DNA of 64,000 nt, taken from positions 2,048,001 to 2,112,000 of the forward strand of contig NC_087438.1 of NCBI RefSeq assembly GCF_036321535.1, written 5' to 3'. Made by a program: the position numbers and the translations under genes. Shown piece by piece: positions 1-11,787 of the stretch. Origin of the DNA: Camelus dromedarius (Eukaryota). Every line of letters begins with the position of its first letter. Position 1 is the first letter of the stretch. The notes beneath the pieces were generated by a model. It made no database searches. It saw only the letters and a list, made by a program, of their open reading frames with translations, and was not told the DNA's origin.

Positions 1-843
1 AGGGGACCGTGACACCTCGTGGTGAGCGCACCCCACAGTGACTCCCCGAGGCCTTCCTGGAGGAGCCCGCAGAGCTTTGGAGTGACTGCAAATGGAGGGA
101 AGGGAACCCCAGGCACCTTGGGGACTCCCGTCACAGGGCCTGAGGGGCCGCTAACAGCTTCGCCGTGGTCCTGTGAGAGTGGAGGCCTGGGGGGGGCCTC
201 TCCTTAACAGGGAGCCGAGTCAGGGTCAGCGCACAGACGCCGTGGGTGCTGCGGCCCCGTCCAGCGGGAGGTCCCCGGCCCCGGGGACGTAACTGGATGC
301 GCATGCCTGGTAGCAGGTAGAACCCACACGGGCTCCTCAGTCTGTACCGTGTTCACTCTCCGTAGGGGAGGCCACGAGGACGCCCAGCCCCAGCCGGGAC
401 AGCAAATCCAAACAGCGCAGCAAACCAGGTGAGCTGGGGGCTGGCAGAGTGACTGTCCCCTTAAACCAGGGTATGTGGAGGTGATGGGCCCATTTTGTCC
501 CCGGTCGTTTCGAAGTCTGGCTTCCACAAAGACCAGGTGTATCCCAGAGGACCCCGGGAACTCAACCGGGGGGACCCCAGATGCCGTGGCCACAGCAGAC
601 GTGGTGTCGTTGCTAAAGCAGATTAAGGTGGATTTGGACACTGGGCGTCTGGCCGCTGCCCTGCAAAGGCATTACTTTGCATCCTCACGATAAAGGAGCA
701 CCAAGGCCGGTCGCATCATGTGAAGGGGAACCACGGCACATTCTTGGCCTTGCCCCCGGGGTGGGGCTGCGCTCAGCGTCTCTTATGAGACAGTGACGAG
801 GCCAGGGCCATCAGGTCGCTTTGTAGACGTGGGCCCTCTGTCA

Positions 844-857
844 GTGACGTCACGTGA
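844..857. promoter_or_regulatory. Overlapping full CRE (TGACGTCA) and E-box (GTCACGTGA, USF/MiT-TFE type)
   Basis: GTGACGTCACGTGA read directly, in a locally CpG-rich stretch (~700-1100). Function is untested. Confidence 0.4.
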
Positions 858-2687
858 ATAAGAGAGGCCGTCGCGATGGAGCGAGAACGCTGAAGGCTGG
901 GGTAGGACAGCTGGGCCTCGGAGGGCGGGAGGCCATGCTGAGCCAGGTCCAGAGCCGGCCCCCCTTGGCAGATGCCGCAGGGTCTGGCTGCGTGGGGCGC
1001 GCGGGGGCGTTGCCTCGGAGTGAAGAAGTCGGTTCCTCCAACCTCCCGTTGTTGAGGAGGCAGCGCGGGGCCCGAGGTCCACACCAGGGGAGCTTTTCGG
1101 ACTCACTCCCAGGGCGTCTCACAGGCTGTCAGCACGGAGGGGCTCAGGGGAGGGGAGGGGCCAGGCTGTAGTCTGGGCTGTGGAAGGTGCCTCTGGGGGG
1201 GGTGACACCTCGGGTGCTTGTGTCTACACCCAGTAGGAGAATCTCATCTCAGGCTCCAGGACTCTGGAACCCCGCCTTCTACCACAGACCCCAGAAGCAG
1301 CTTTGGGGCTTGGGGGTACCGTTGGGCCCTGGCAGAGATGGGGGCCTGGTATCAGAGCCCTGAGGCCAGAGCTGCCCCTGGGCTGTGCCCCACCAGACCC
1401 GACAGCTGACCTGTGTGGCAGGCCCGGCCGGCATCTGTGGTGAGATGGAAGTGGTGTGGGGGTGGTGGGCGCAGCCTCTGTCTTAGAGCATCAGCAGGTT
1501 GCAAGGCGGGTGGCTCAGACCCCGTGTCTCCATCATTGATGCCTCAGAACCTCTCAGCTCAGACCTGCCTGGCTCCCCGCGGGTCCCTGAGGGAGGCTGG
1601 TGGGGAGGAGCGGCCGAGGCTGGTCCATGATGGGTTGGCTCGCACACGTGTGTGAGAGCCGGAAGGACCACAGCGGCTTGCTGCGCCCGCAGGAGTGGCC
1701 CTGGAGGCCAGGGGTGAGGGGACGTCCTCCCGATGGGCAGGGTCTCAGGGGACATACCTGGTTCTCTGGTGTGTGTGGGAACTAAGCGGCCTGGCCTGAC
1801 GTGAGAACATACGTGGCCCCTGGGCTGTGGCTGGTCAGCCCGGGGCGGGCGGGGGAGACCCTGGAAGAGCAGATGCAAGAGACCTGGGACAGAAGCGCAC
1901 GGATGAGCCTGCAGGACTGGGGCCAACGTGGGAAGGACCCATGTTTCATGCTAAGGTCCCCCCGAGGGCACCCCCCCGAGGAGAGGCAGTGAGCGTTCAA
2001 GTAAACGGGACCAACCTCGCTGTGGGTGCTCAGAGGAACGGAAGAGCCGTGGGGAGGGGTGGAGGCTCAGTGTGGCCCTGGGAGCCTGGCCCCAGTCAAT
2101 CTCTGGCCCTGGCTGCCCCGGGGAAGCTTTGGGCTGCTCACAGTGGAAGACCAGCCAGCCGGGAAAAGGTGGGGGCTTCCCCAGGGGAGCTGGGAGTCAC
2201 CTGTCGGCACCCAGCGGACCCCCGGGGCGCCTTTCTTAGCTCTGAGACTGAACTCGACTCCAGGTGGACCAACCTGCCGTCACAGGAGGAGAAGAGCCCT
2301 GCCCCAGAAGACGAGACCTCTCGGGATGGGGCCGGTGTCTCCCCACCAGGGAGGTCACCAGGCTTGCAGCCAAGGGCTGAACAGGTGGGAGACAGAGGGT
2401 GCAGGGAGCAGGTGAGCTCAGGGTCCATGCCGGGGGTGGGCTCCAGGCCCAGGGGCTGGGCTGGTAGGCTTGGAGCCGGGCTGCCCTCCACACCTCGTGC
2501 CTGTCCAGTCTCCGCCCATCATGCCTGCAGCATCCTCGCCAGAGATGCCCGTTTCAATGGAAACCTGATGCTGGAGCTGCGCTCAGGAGGCCCCCGTGCT
2601 TTCATCGCTCGTGGGATGCGCGTGGGGCCCTTAGCAGGCGCCCCAAGGCCCTCACGGTGCCCCGGCCACCCTCGAGCCCCCAGATCC

Positions 2688-2818
2688 CCACTTCCATCTG
2701 GCGTGTGACAGGTGACAGGCGAGCCCTTCCCCTCTCTTGGCCCCCAGCTCTCCACCTCCACCTGATGTGTGACAGGTGACAGGTGACTGGTGACTGGTGG
2801 GCTCTTCCCCTCTTGGCC
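2688..2818. repeat. Degenerate tandem duplication (~65-bp units) containing a TGACAGG/TGACTGG heptamer array
   Basis: ccacttccatctggcgtgtgacaggtgacagg...cttcccctctcttggcc is followed by ccacctccacctgatgtgtgacaggtgacaggtgactggtgactgg...cttcccctcttggcc. Confidence 0.8.
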
Positions 2819-5800
2819 AAACGCGTCTCACCTGCTGCTCTCCTGGAACGCCCCTCCCATCACACACCTGGATGACGTGCTGCTGGACCTCTCCGGTGTG
2901 CGTGTGCGTGTGACTCCAGGTGTGCCCCAGGATCGCCTGTCTCTGAACTGCCCGCCCCAGACTCGGGCCTCGGGCAGCCCTGCTGGCTTCTCCGCTCTGC
3001 ACCTCCAGGACTGGCACGCAAGTTGCCTGAGACAGACTTGTGGACTTTAATTGGATGGCCAACGAATAGTTACAGCACAAGACAGCCCAGTGCAGGTGCC
3101 CTGCAGTGATGGAGAAGGCTCTGGAGTTCCAGGAGACAGAAGTCAAGTCTAGGGCACTTGCAGCCTCGTGGGAGAGGCGGAGGAGGGCCCATCGGCTGGA
3201 GAGGACTGTGACCGGAGGGCCTGGGGCGAGGGAGCTTCAGAGGGAGTAGATGCCATGCGTGGAGATTTGGAGCGAACACAAGCGGAACCAGACCTGCACC
3301 CAGGCAGGTGCCCCTCCCTGCTGGCACCCCCCCCAGACCCCCCTCTGCCTCCTGGTTCCCTTGACCTCCGCGAGCACACGGGCCCCAGAAGGGCTGGAGC
3401 CGGTTTCCCAGAGGCTGGCGCTGCCGGCACCGAGCCCGGCTGCCCCCCGAAGTCCCTTCCGGCACCAGCTCTCCCTGACCAGCACTCACGGCCCTCACCA
3501 TGCGGCACCTGGGACCCTCAGTGAGCTTTCTTATCCCAAAAAGGCAGCCCTCCCCACCTCCCTCACGGACGTGAAGTCCCGAGCGGTCAGATGGCGAGTG
3601 CACGGTTCGGACCACGGGAAATACCGATAAACGGCAGCTACTTTCTGCTAACATTAGAAACGCTGGCTTCCAGGGCGACCTGTGACAAACTGCAACTCAG
3701 GGGCGACTGATCTGAGCAATAGACAGGCTGCCCGGACCTCCAACCTTTCAGCTCTTGGCAACGGCAGCCGGGACAGGAAAACACAGCTGTCGGGGGACAG
3801 GGCTCCGAGAAAGTGAGCGACGGAGCCGCTCACCGCGGCTGGGGTCGATTTCTCTGGCCGGGAATCGTCTCAAACCGCTGGCCTTGCTGGCCTTGCCCGG
3901 CCCCCAGAAGCAGGCACAGGAGCCGGGGGGCGGTCTCTGCGGTGGTCCCCGCCGTCCCGAGGTAGGGGGTGTTGACGACGGTTTTGGCAGCCCACACGCG
4001 GGTGGCACCCAGGAGTGCCGGGAGGGCGGACGGTGCCCAGAAGCCCCACCGGGCGCTGGCGTCGCGGGGTGAGTGTGGTTTGTGGCCTCCAACCCTGTTA
4101 AGCCCTATTAGAAGGTAGTTAGTGAAATGAAGTGCTGAAAATTATCTAGCTGTCTTGAGACGTGTTGATGGCCAATTGAGACAATTTAAACCTTCAAGGG
4201 AAATTTAGGTCCTTAATTACATTGCATCACTTTGCGTTCAAGTCCACGTCATTGTCAACTCTGTTCTCCCGCTGCGGGCGTGGGAGCACGGTGGCACCAA
4301 AATACGGGCCAAATTTAAATAGAAGCTTTATATTCTGAGGTTTTTTTTCCCCCTATTCTTATTTTTAGGAAAGTGAAGAGGAAAGATTCGTTTCAGGAAA
4401 CTGGCACGTGGCTTCACGGCACCGTTTTGAGGGAATATTCCATCTCCCCAATCCCCGGAACAACTGCCGTAGGAGGCACGCCCAGAATGGGCGCCCACAG
4501 CAGGGCCAGCTGGTCCGGGCTGAGGACAGTCATGGAAGGCTTCTTGGGGGAAGTGGCATCTCCACAGCAGCATAAAGATTAGGTTTTATGGACAGAAACC
4601 CACTTAGGGTAAGAGAGCTCAGTTAGAACCCCATCACCCCCGCCTCTTGTTGAAATGGAAAGAGAAGGCCTTTGACAGGCGAGGACGTTCTCAGGTCTCC
4701 AACTCTTTTCTCACTTTTGAGAGCGACGGCCATCGGTTGGGGCTTCTGGATTAGCAGGAGGCACTCATGTTTCCAGCACAGACAGGCAGTCAGGAAAAGG
4801 ACAAACATCCTTTACACCAAGTCCGAAGGTTTGGGGACATGGTTCCCGAGCTTCTGAAGACAAACCTGAGATGAGCGGGGCCCCGCCTGTGGCTCGCCAG
4901 GCTCCCCGAGGGGAGCAGGGGCAGGTGCACCGACGGGACCCGCCCCACGGCGCCAGGAGAAGGGCTCTCAGGGGCCGAGGAGGTGTTCTGTGAACCATTC
5001 TGCTCAGAGTCCCATGTCCCAGCCTCTGTGCTCCCCCGACGTGAAGTGTGGGCCCTGGAGCGGCAGTGGGTGCCCGTGAGAATCCGCGTGGAGGGGGCCT
5101 GGGGCCATGAAGGTCGGGTGACTGGTTTCTCCTGTAACTGTTGTGGGAACTCCGGGGACCACGCCTGGTGACACGGGAGTCTCAGCCACACTGGCTGGGA
5201 GAGGGCGGGGCAGGTCAAGGGCCAGGAGGCTGGTGCTCTTGGGGCTGCAGCCAGGGGTCCCTTGGCTGGAGGCACCACTCGCTTCCCCGTCTTCCTCCTT
5301 TCCCCCCAGGAGATACTGGGGCGGCACAGCCAGAGGGCTGCTGTCCTCAGTGACCTCAAAGTAGGTGGAGTGGGCAGAGCCATCTAATCAGGTCATTACG
5401 CCTGGCAAGATGCCGGGTCCAGAGAGGGACCAGCTTGACTTCTTGCAACAAATACGCATCACACTGTGACCCATGCCAGGAGAGGGCTGCCTGACAGCTT
5501 TCCATCCCCATCCTCTTGCCCTCCGGCCTTGGCCCTTCTCCACAGTGTCCTCTCCTCTCCCAGATCTGTCCTCTCTCTCCTCATGCAAGGCAGGTCTTCC
5601 TTGACAATCACTGTCTCTCCAGACACTCAAAGACGTGGTAGAAACCGACCTGAGTGTGCAGCTTCATGGACAAGCGCAGGACGGCTCCCTGCGCCGTCTT
5701 CCGAGCGGCTGTAAGTGGACGCGGTGTCCACCTGTACTCACCGTGCACCTCGTTGCTGAGTGCAGAGGGCAGCCCTGAGCCGTCAGCCTCCCAGGCTCTC

Positions 5801-7659
5801 ACACAGTCACTCTTGCCACCAGGATGTACTCTGTGTGTTTCAAAACACGTCCCTGGGGGTTCTTGTCCTTTTATGTGTCTGTGCTGTTCGTTGTGTCCGA
5901 ACTGACGATGAAATCCAAATGATGAAAAGTACGTGATTTTCTCGACGCCAGGAGCAAGGCGGTGAGTCCAGGCTGGCAAGCGGGGCACGAGCGCCTCCGC
6001 AGAGGGAGCGGCTGGCTCTGCGGCTCGGCTGGCTGAGCGCGAGGGCAGCACGTGCCCGGGGCCGGCCCGCGTGCAGGTCTTTCCTTTTAACTCTCAACCT
6101 TCTTGCTGGGAACACCAAGCACCACGTTGCGGCAGCTCACTCAGCCTGCAGGAGAGGGCGGTTGCAGGCTTAGCGAGCCTTTTCGTGAGTCCTGGGGGAA
6201 GCATGTGTCCTCGCCCCAGGTTGCCGTGAGAACCAATGAGCCGAGGCATCCGAGGCCCCGGTGCGGTGCCCGGCACGTGGCACGGTGCACGCTCAGCGAG
6301 TGGCCCAGACAGTCACGACATTACTGACTGCCATGGCCGGGGTACAGGGTCCTGGCCAGACCCCCTTTGCCAGCCGTCAGCCCCCCTGGAGCACATCCTA
6401 AGAGCCAGGTGCCCCTTGGATGCTGTGGATCCAAAGGTAAACAGGGCACGCTTCTTGGTCCAACGCTCACCCTCTAGCAGGTCCTGCCACGGAGAGATGA
6501 TGGTGCGGCCCAGGGCCGTGCAGGGACGTGAGCGTCACTTCTTCTGCAAGAAACGTGGTGAACGGCTGGGCCCTCCTCTGCCTGGGGCCCCTTCCATCGC
6601 TCGCCCGAAACCCCAGTGTCAAGGCCGCAGGGTAGGGGACCCCTCCTGTCACCCACGTCCCAGGCAGGACCACAGGGACACGGTGTCCTGGGAGCTGCCA
6701 CACTGGACCATATCCAAAGCTTTCAAAGTGTTAGTTTTTGTTGTGTTTCTCCCTGAGGGTGTCCAGGTTGGCAGGATGGAAAACAGGGATGGAACCTCTG
6801 ACCAAGGAGGCTCCCGGGCACCTCTCCATCTTCAAAACCACGCAGGGCTGGGCAGGCAGCAGCGGAGTGAGGGAGGGAGCCCTGGCACCGCCTGTGTGTC
6901 CTCCCCGGAGCCCACGGAGGCTCCCTGCACGCACGTGTCCAGGAGCTGTCCTACACCCACAGGCTCGCCCCCCGTGGGCTTCGGGTCTTGCTCCAGGAAT
7001 GGACGCACGAGTGCGGGACAGAGCCGGGCGGCAGGGGCACATCTCACCTTTCACAGGAGTGAGGTGCTTGCACGGCTGGGGGAGCTGAGCTCAGAGCATC
7101 ACCAGCTGCTTCTCTTCCCACCTCTGTCTGGGGCAGAGCTTTCCCTGGGCTCAAATCTGCAGGTGGCCTCCTGACCTGACCACCTCGATTCTGGCCCATG
7201 TGGACAGCACCCGGGCTGCTCCCACGCATCCTGGCACAGCTAGCATCCAGAGGAAGGACACTTCCCCAACCTCTAGAGAGTGTGAGCGTGGGCAGCTCCC
7301 TGGCAGAAAGCGGGCGTCTCGCTGACCTGGGGTCTGCTGGCCGTAAGCTCTGACCTGCACGCCGTGGCCAGGGGACTTCAGCATCCGTCAGGGGTCCCAG
7401 CCCAGATTGGGGAGGGCTGGGACCAGTTGGAAGATGGAAGCCGATGACAGTGGTGGGCAGTTCGGGAAGACATCGCCGTGGCCTCCTTCACTGTCTGGTT
7501 TTCGCCTTAGAAATCATCCACAGAGACAGCACTGCGCATGCAGCCAGGAGTGGAGCAGAGGAATTTCACAGTAAACATGCCTTTTCCTTTTCAAGGAGCC
7601 TGATGCATTATGACCCGCTCGGAATTCAACGCCACCATACTCTGTTTCAACATTAGATG

Positions 7660-9050
7660 ACATCATCGTAGACACTTCATGCTGTTTTTGTCTGTGGTTC
7701 CGAATTACATCTGCTTAATCAATCCCATTATGCATTCGGCGTCCACGACACATCAAAGGCTGGTAACGCTTTTTTTTTTAAACTTTGCTTGCTTAAAATG
7801 ATTTCCCTCCAGATCAAGATGCAGAGCACAAAATATTAATCAGTTTAAATAAATATCAAGACTACCCAAATAATATGAATAATTGGCGCAGAATAGCTCC
7901 TACTGCCCAGTTCTCAACAGCTGGTCACGCTGGCGCGGGGCACCCCCTCAACAGCCTTTTAGATAATGACTTTGGCATCTGTCGATGAGCACTTGCTACT
8001 GCCCACAGAATTTACAACTCACAAGTGGGAAGCAGGGGCTCCGACAGAACTTTTTTATGCAAGGTCTTTGAAATTTATTAATGTAATGCAAACACAAGCC
8101 TTCCAACCCATTAAATTGTTGATGTTATGCGAATCCACTCTGGAATGGCAGGTCCTCATTAACATTATTTGCATGTTAATCTGCATCTTTTTAATTAGTG
8201 ATATTATTTATGCACATAATTTTCGCCTACTGGTGCCAAGGCTGAAGTGCATTAATTAATCTACTGAGATGCCAAACTGTTTATTTTCTCCCGCACTTTT
8301 ATTTGTTTACATGGTGTTTTGGATTCAGGGAAAATAAAAAAGAGCCTGAAGAATAAAAGCAGAAAGACAAGATTAACTAAAAGCTCTTTTTGTTTTCATA
8401 ATTTAAATTGTAATATTAGCCAAATGTTGTGCTTCTTCCCTTAGAGATCGGTTATTCAGTTACATTACCTTGATGTATTATTAAAATTTCTAATGGACTC
8501 CAGAGGCCTCTGTTAGTTCTCTCCTTCATTTACAGAATATACTCAATGTTATTTTAATCTTCCTACAACGCTTCCATGCATAGGCAATGATGAGCCATCC
8601 CCAGCGAGTCACGGCGCGGCTCCACTTTGCACAACTGATAAACATTTAAATAAGCCTTTTCAAAAAAGAATAGCTCGTAAAATTATTAACCCGTTGATGG
8701 AGTCCGTCGCTGCTCAGTGGTTCTTCTTTCCTGAAAATAGGTCAGTCGTAAAGTGCGTTGGACTCGGCGCCGTAGAGCCCCTCTCATCCCTGAGCCCCAC
8801 CATGATTAGCAGGCATTATCCAGGATCATGAGTCCACTCGTGTGCAGCCCCGAGCGCTTAAGGTGCGTGATTAAAAACGGTGTGCGCTCTCTATGCTAGG
8901 TGCGCTTGCTTTCCCAGCCAGGAGGAGAAAGGGACACTGTACACCACTGGGCCTTGTAATAAATGACAACCTCATTCCAAAACAGCTCGCATTCCAGGGG
9001 AGCGAAAGTAAAACATTGCATTCCACTAGCCACACATTTATTATTTATAC
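7660..9050. promoter_or_regulatory. AT-rich, repeat-free candidate developmental enhancer block
   Basis: Abrupt AT-rich island in GC-rich flanks. Octamer ATTTGCAT at 8167-8174, many TAAT/ATTA cores, CTCGTAAAA at 8674-8682, GTCGTAAA at 8745-8752. No transposon signature recognised. Confidence 0.5.
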
Positions 9051-11724
9051 CACATCAGAGAGCGTACCGAGGCGCCGTGCGTAACGATGCTCCGGCAAGC
9101 ATCAGTCCCGTCAGTGGAGGGGCCCCGGACGCGCTTCCAGCATCAGTGTCCCTGGGATACAGGGTGACGCCCCTGGCTCTCCACCTCACACCTGCCTCCC
9201 CCAGAGCTGCCCCCAGGTTTTCTCCAGTTGAACACGACCTCGTGTCCCCCGAGTGACACGCTCTATCATCCCGCCTGGAGTAAATCAGGACAGTGGTCCC
9301 ATGTTTTAATAAGATGGCTGAAATCTATGGGGCGTGACAGCTCGGGGGAGTGGGTTAGCCCAAGTTCCCCCTCTGTTCTCTGCCGTTTGAATAGCACACA
9401 GTGCCAGGTCGTAGTCCATTTGTCAAATGACTTCAAGTCACGTGCTGCCTCCCGGTTCACAGAAGGGTCGAGAAGAGGGATTGGGCCCTGGTGTGTGCGG
9501 AAGTTCAGGGGCTGGGCAGGGTGAGGGTCTCCGGGTACAAACTGGGCGTCTCAGCCCATGTTTCTCAAGTGTCCTGGAGAAGGGGGACCCCCGGGACGAT
9601 AAGCTTTGTTTGTTTGTTTGTTGTGAGCAGCAGTCAGGATATAGCTTTTCATTAGCTAGTTTTTATGGGGGGGGGGGGTTGGAGAATAAATGCTGTTGAT
9701 GAAAGTTTAAATAAAAGAATTTAAGACAAAAATGAAACAGCTTCTTCTTAAGCCTTGACTAAAAGTACTGGTTTTTTTCCTAGAATGTTCTATGAATATG
9801 TGAGCCTGTATTGATGAAAAACAGGACTGTTACGCCTGCACTGCTGCAACAGTGCGCACCGGGCGTCTTCCAAGGTGCGTGTTGCCTCGTGTGGTTCTGG
9901 ACCCAGCGGAGTTTCAGCCTGGGGCTGCGTCCGCGGGGAAGGGCACCGCTGGGGCTGCTGGGGGGGTGGGGGTTCCCACCAGGACGGGCTCTCAGGTTGA
10001 TGAGCTACATTTAGTAAGAATATTTTAAATTTGTCATACTTCCCAGGATGTGATATGAGAAAACCGTCCAGAAAAGACTAGAAGGTGAGCCAGTAGAAGA
10101 CACATCCTGTGATTTGACCATCGCTTTGGAGCAGTGGTGCAACGTCAGTGTTCATACACATGAAGCCAGGAAAGCATCGTGCGGTTGTACAAACTGTGCA
10201 CGAGAAGGTCGTGTGACGGAGGAAACGGAAGAGGAGCAGCGGCCCTCTGGGCTGCCCTGGGCGGCTGCTGTCCCGGCTGACGCTGCAGTGGCTTCGGGGT
10301 CTGGAGTCCGGGCTGAGTGCAGAACCAGGCCAGTGCAGGTTGATCCCAAAGTCTCAGGGCCAAGATGGAGTGGGGGGTGCTTTCTATGTGCTTGTCAAGT
10401 GTGGAATTACGTGCGTATGTGAGACTGGACCTCGAGAAGCATGAAGATTAGGTCTGATCGGCTCCTTACGGAACGAGAAGCTTCTGGGGTTTCTCACCGG
10501 GGCGAGGGGACTTGCAGACCCCGGGCTAGAGGCCACAAAGTTTGGATCTATGCCCTTCGTGCTGGGATCACGGCCCTTGTCCTCTGCCTGCCTCTGTCAT
10601 TGGGCCAACGGAGGTTTTCTTCCAAATACTTGCTGGGGAAGGTTAAATTCTCTGCTCAGGACCGGGCCCTGACCCTCGCTGAGATGCTGGGGCTGTGGGC
10701 AAAGGCCCTTCATGGAGCAGCCCCGCATCTTGTCTGGGGGGCTTGTTTGTGCAATTGTGAATTATCAATGTGTATGTAAATGAGGTATATTCATACGCAG
10801 TAATGTAAATGTATACGCACATTACGCACGCAGTGTGTTCTGCTACCCGTAACAGCACACATTGCACCTGTTACTGAAAACATGCTATATTTACCTCACC
10901 TCACTCTGAGCAAGGCGGCTCCCTGTGTGCATCGGGGGTCCCCTCCTGCCCACCCCGTAGCCCAGGGCAACCCTCTGTCTGCGATGCCTGCCTTCCAGCC
11001 CCCCAGAGCGCATCCCCACCCTGAGGATTGCCCAGAGAGCCTTCACCATCACAGACACCAGGGCCTGGCCCGTAAGGACTCCACTCAGCTGGCCTGGATG
11101 GGGACCTGGGCACTGCGGCTTTGCCCGCTGCAGCCTTAGCAAAACCCGCCCAGCTCTGAGAGCTCAGCGCGGAGTCACCAGCCAGCTGGCACTGCCCGCG
11201 CTCCCTGTACCACGGCCCGCTTCTCAGGGCCCCCACGGCCCCTCCCCCGGACTGGCCTCCCCCGCTGTCTCCCAGCCAGACGGGAGGGACAGGGGCTGCT
11301 GCCTGCTGGGTCACCTGTGCGCGCCCAGCACAAGCCATGAGCCCAGCTGTGGTGGGCACTCGAGGACGTCGCTGTTAAGAGCCCTGAGCACACGTGACCT
11401 TCCGGCTACTGGACTAAGTTAAGATGTATCATGTACACACTTCTCTTCACATTTCCCAGCGTTGACTCGGATGCTCTCCGCAAAGCCTGTGGTAAACCCC
11501 ACGGGGCATGAGCGTGCATTTGGTAGATGCGGCTGGTCCAAGAGCAGTGTCACGTTGACCTGAGGTCACAATCTGCCCTGCCCCCCGCCCCAGTCTGGTC
11601 CTTCCTCGCCGTCCCACCCACGAGACCCTGCTGCTATCCAGCTGCTTTCAAAGCAGTTGCGTTGAGAATTGAGATCCACAGAGAACTGAGAATTTTTATA
11701 AAATATTCTCTTTCAACATTTAAA

Positions 11725-11787
11725 ATCAGACACACACACATGTGCATCAGATACACACACACGGGCATCAGATACACACACGCGTGC
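11725..11787. repeat. 21-bp minisatellite, 3 copies
   Basis: atcagacacacacacatgtgc / atcagatacacacacacgggc / atcagatacacacacgcgtgc. Confidence 0.9.

Noticed and set aside
1827..2708. 293-aa ORF
   Set aside because: Pro/Gly/Arg/Ala composition expected from GC-rich non-coding DNA, no recognisable domain, and overlapped by similar ORFs in other frames.
3760..4075. CpG-rich patch as a promoter island (also ~5940-6300 and ~42220-42660)
   Set aside because: Short, without a clear promoter motif set, and regional CpG gain is seen even inside repeats.
6236..7174. 312-aa ORF
   Set aside because: No recognisable protein family; consistent with stop-codon scarcity at high GC.
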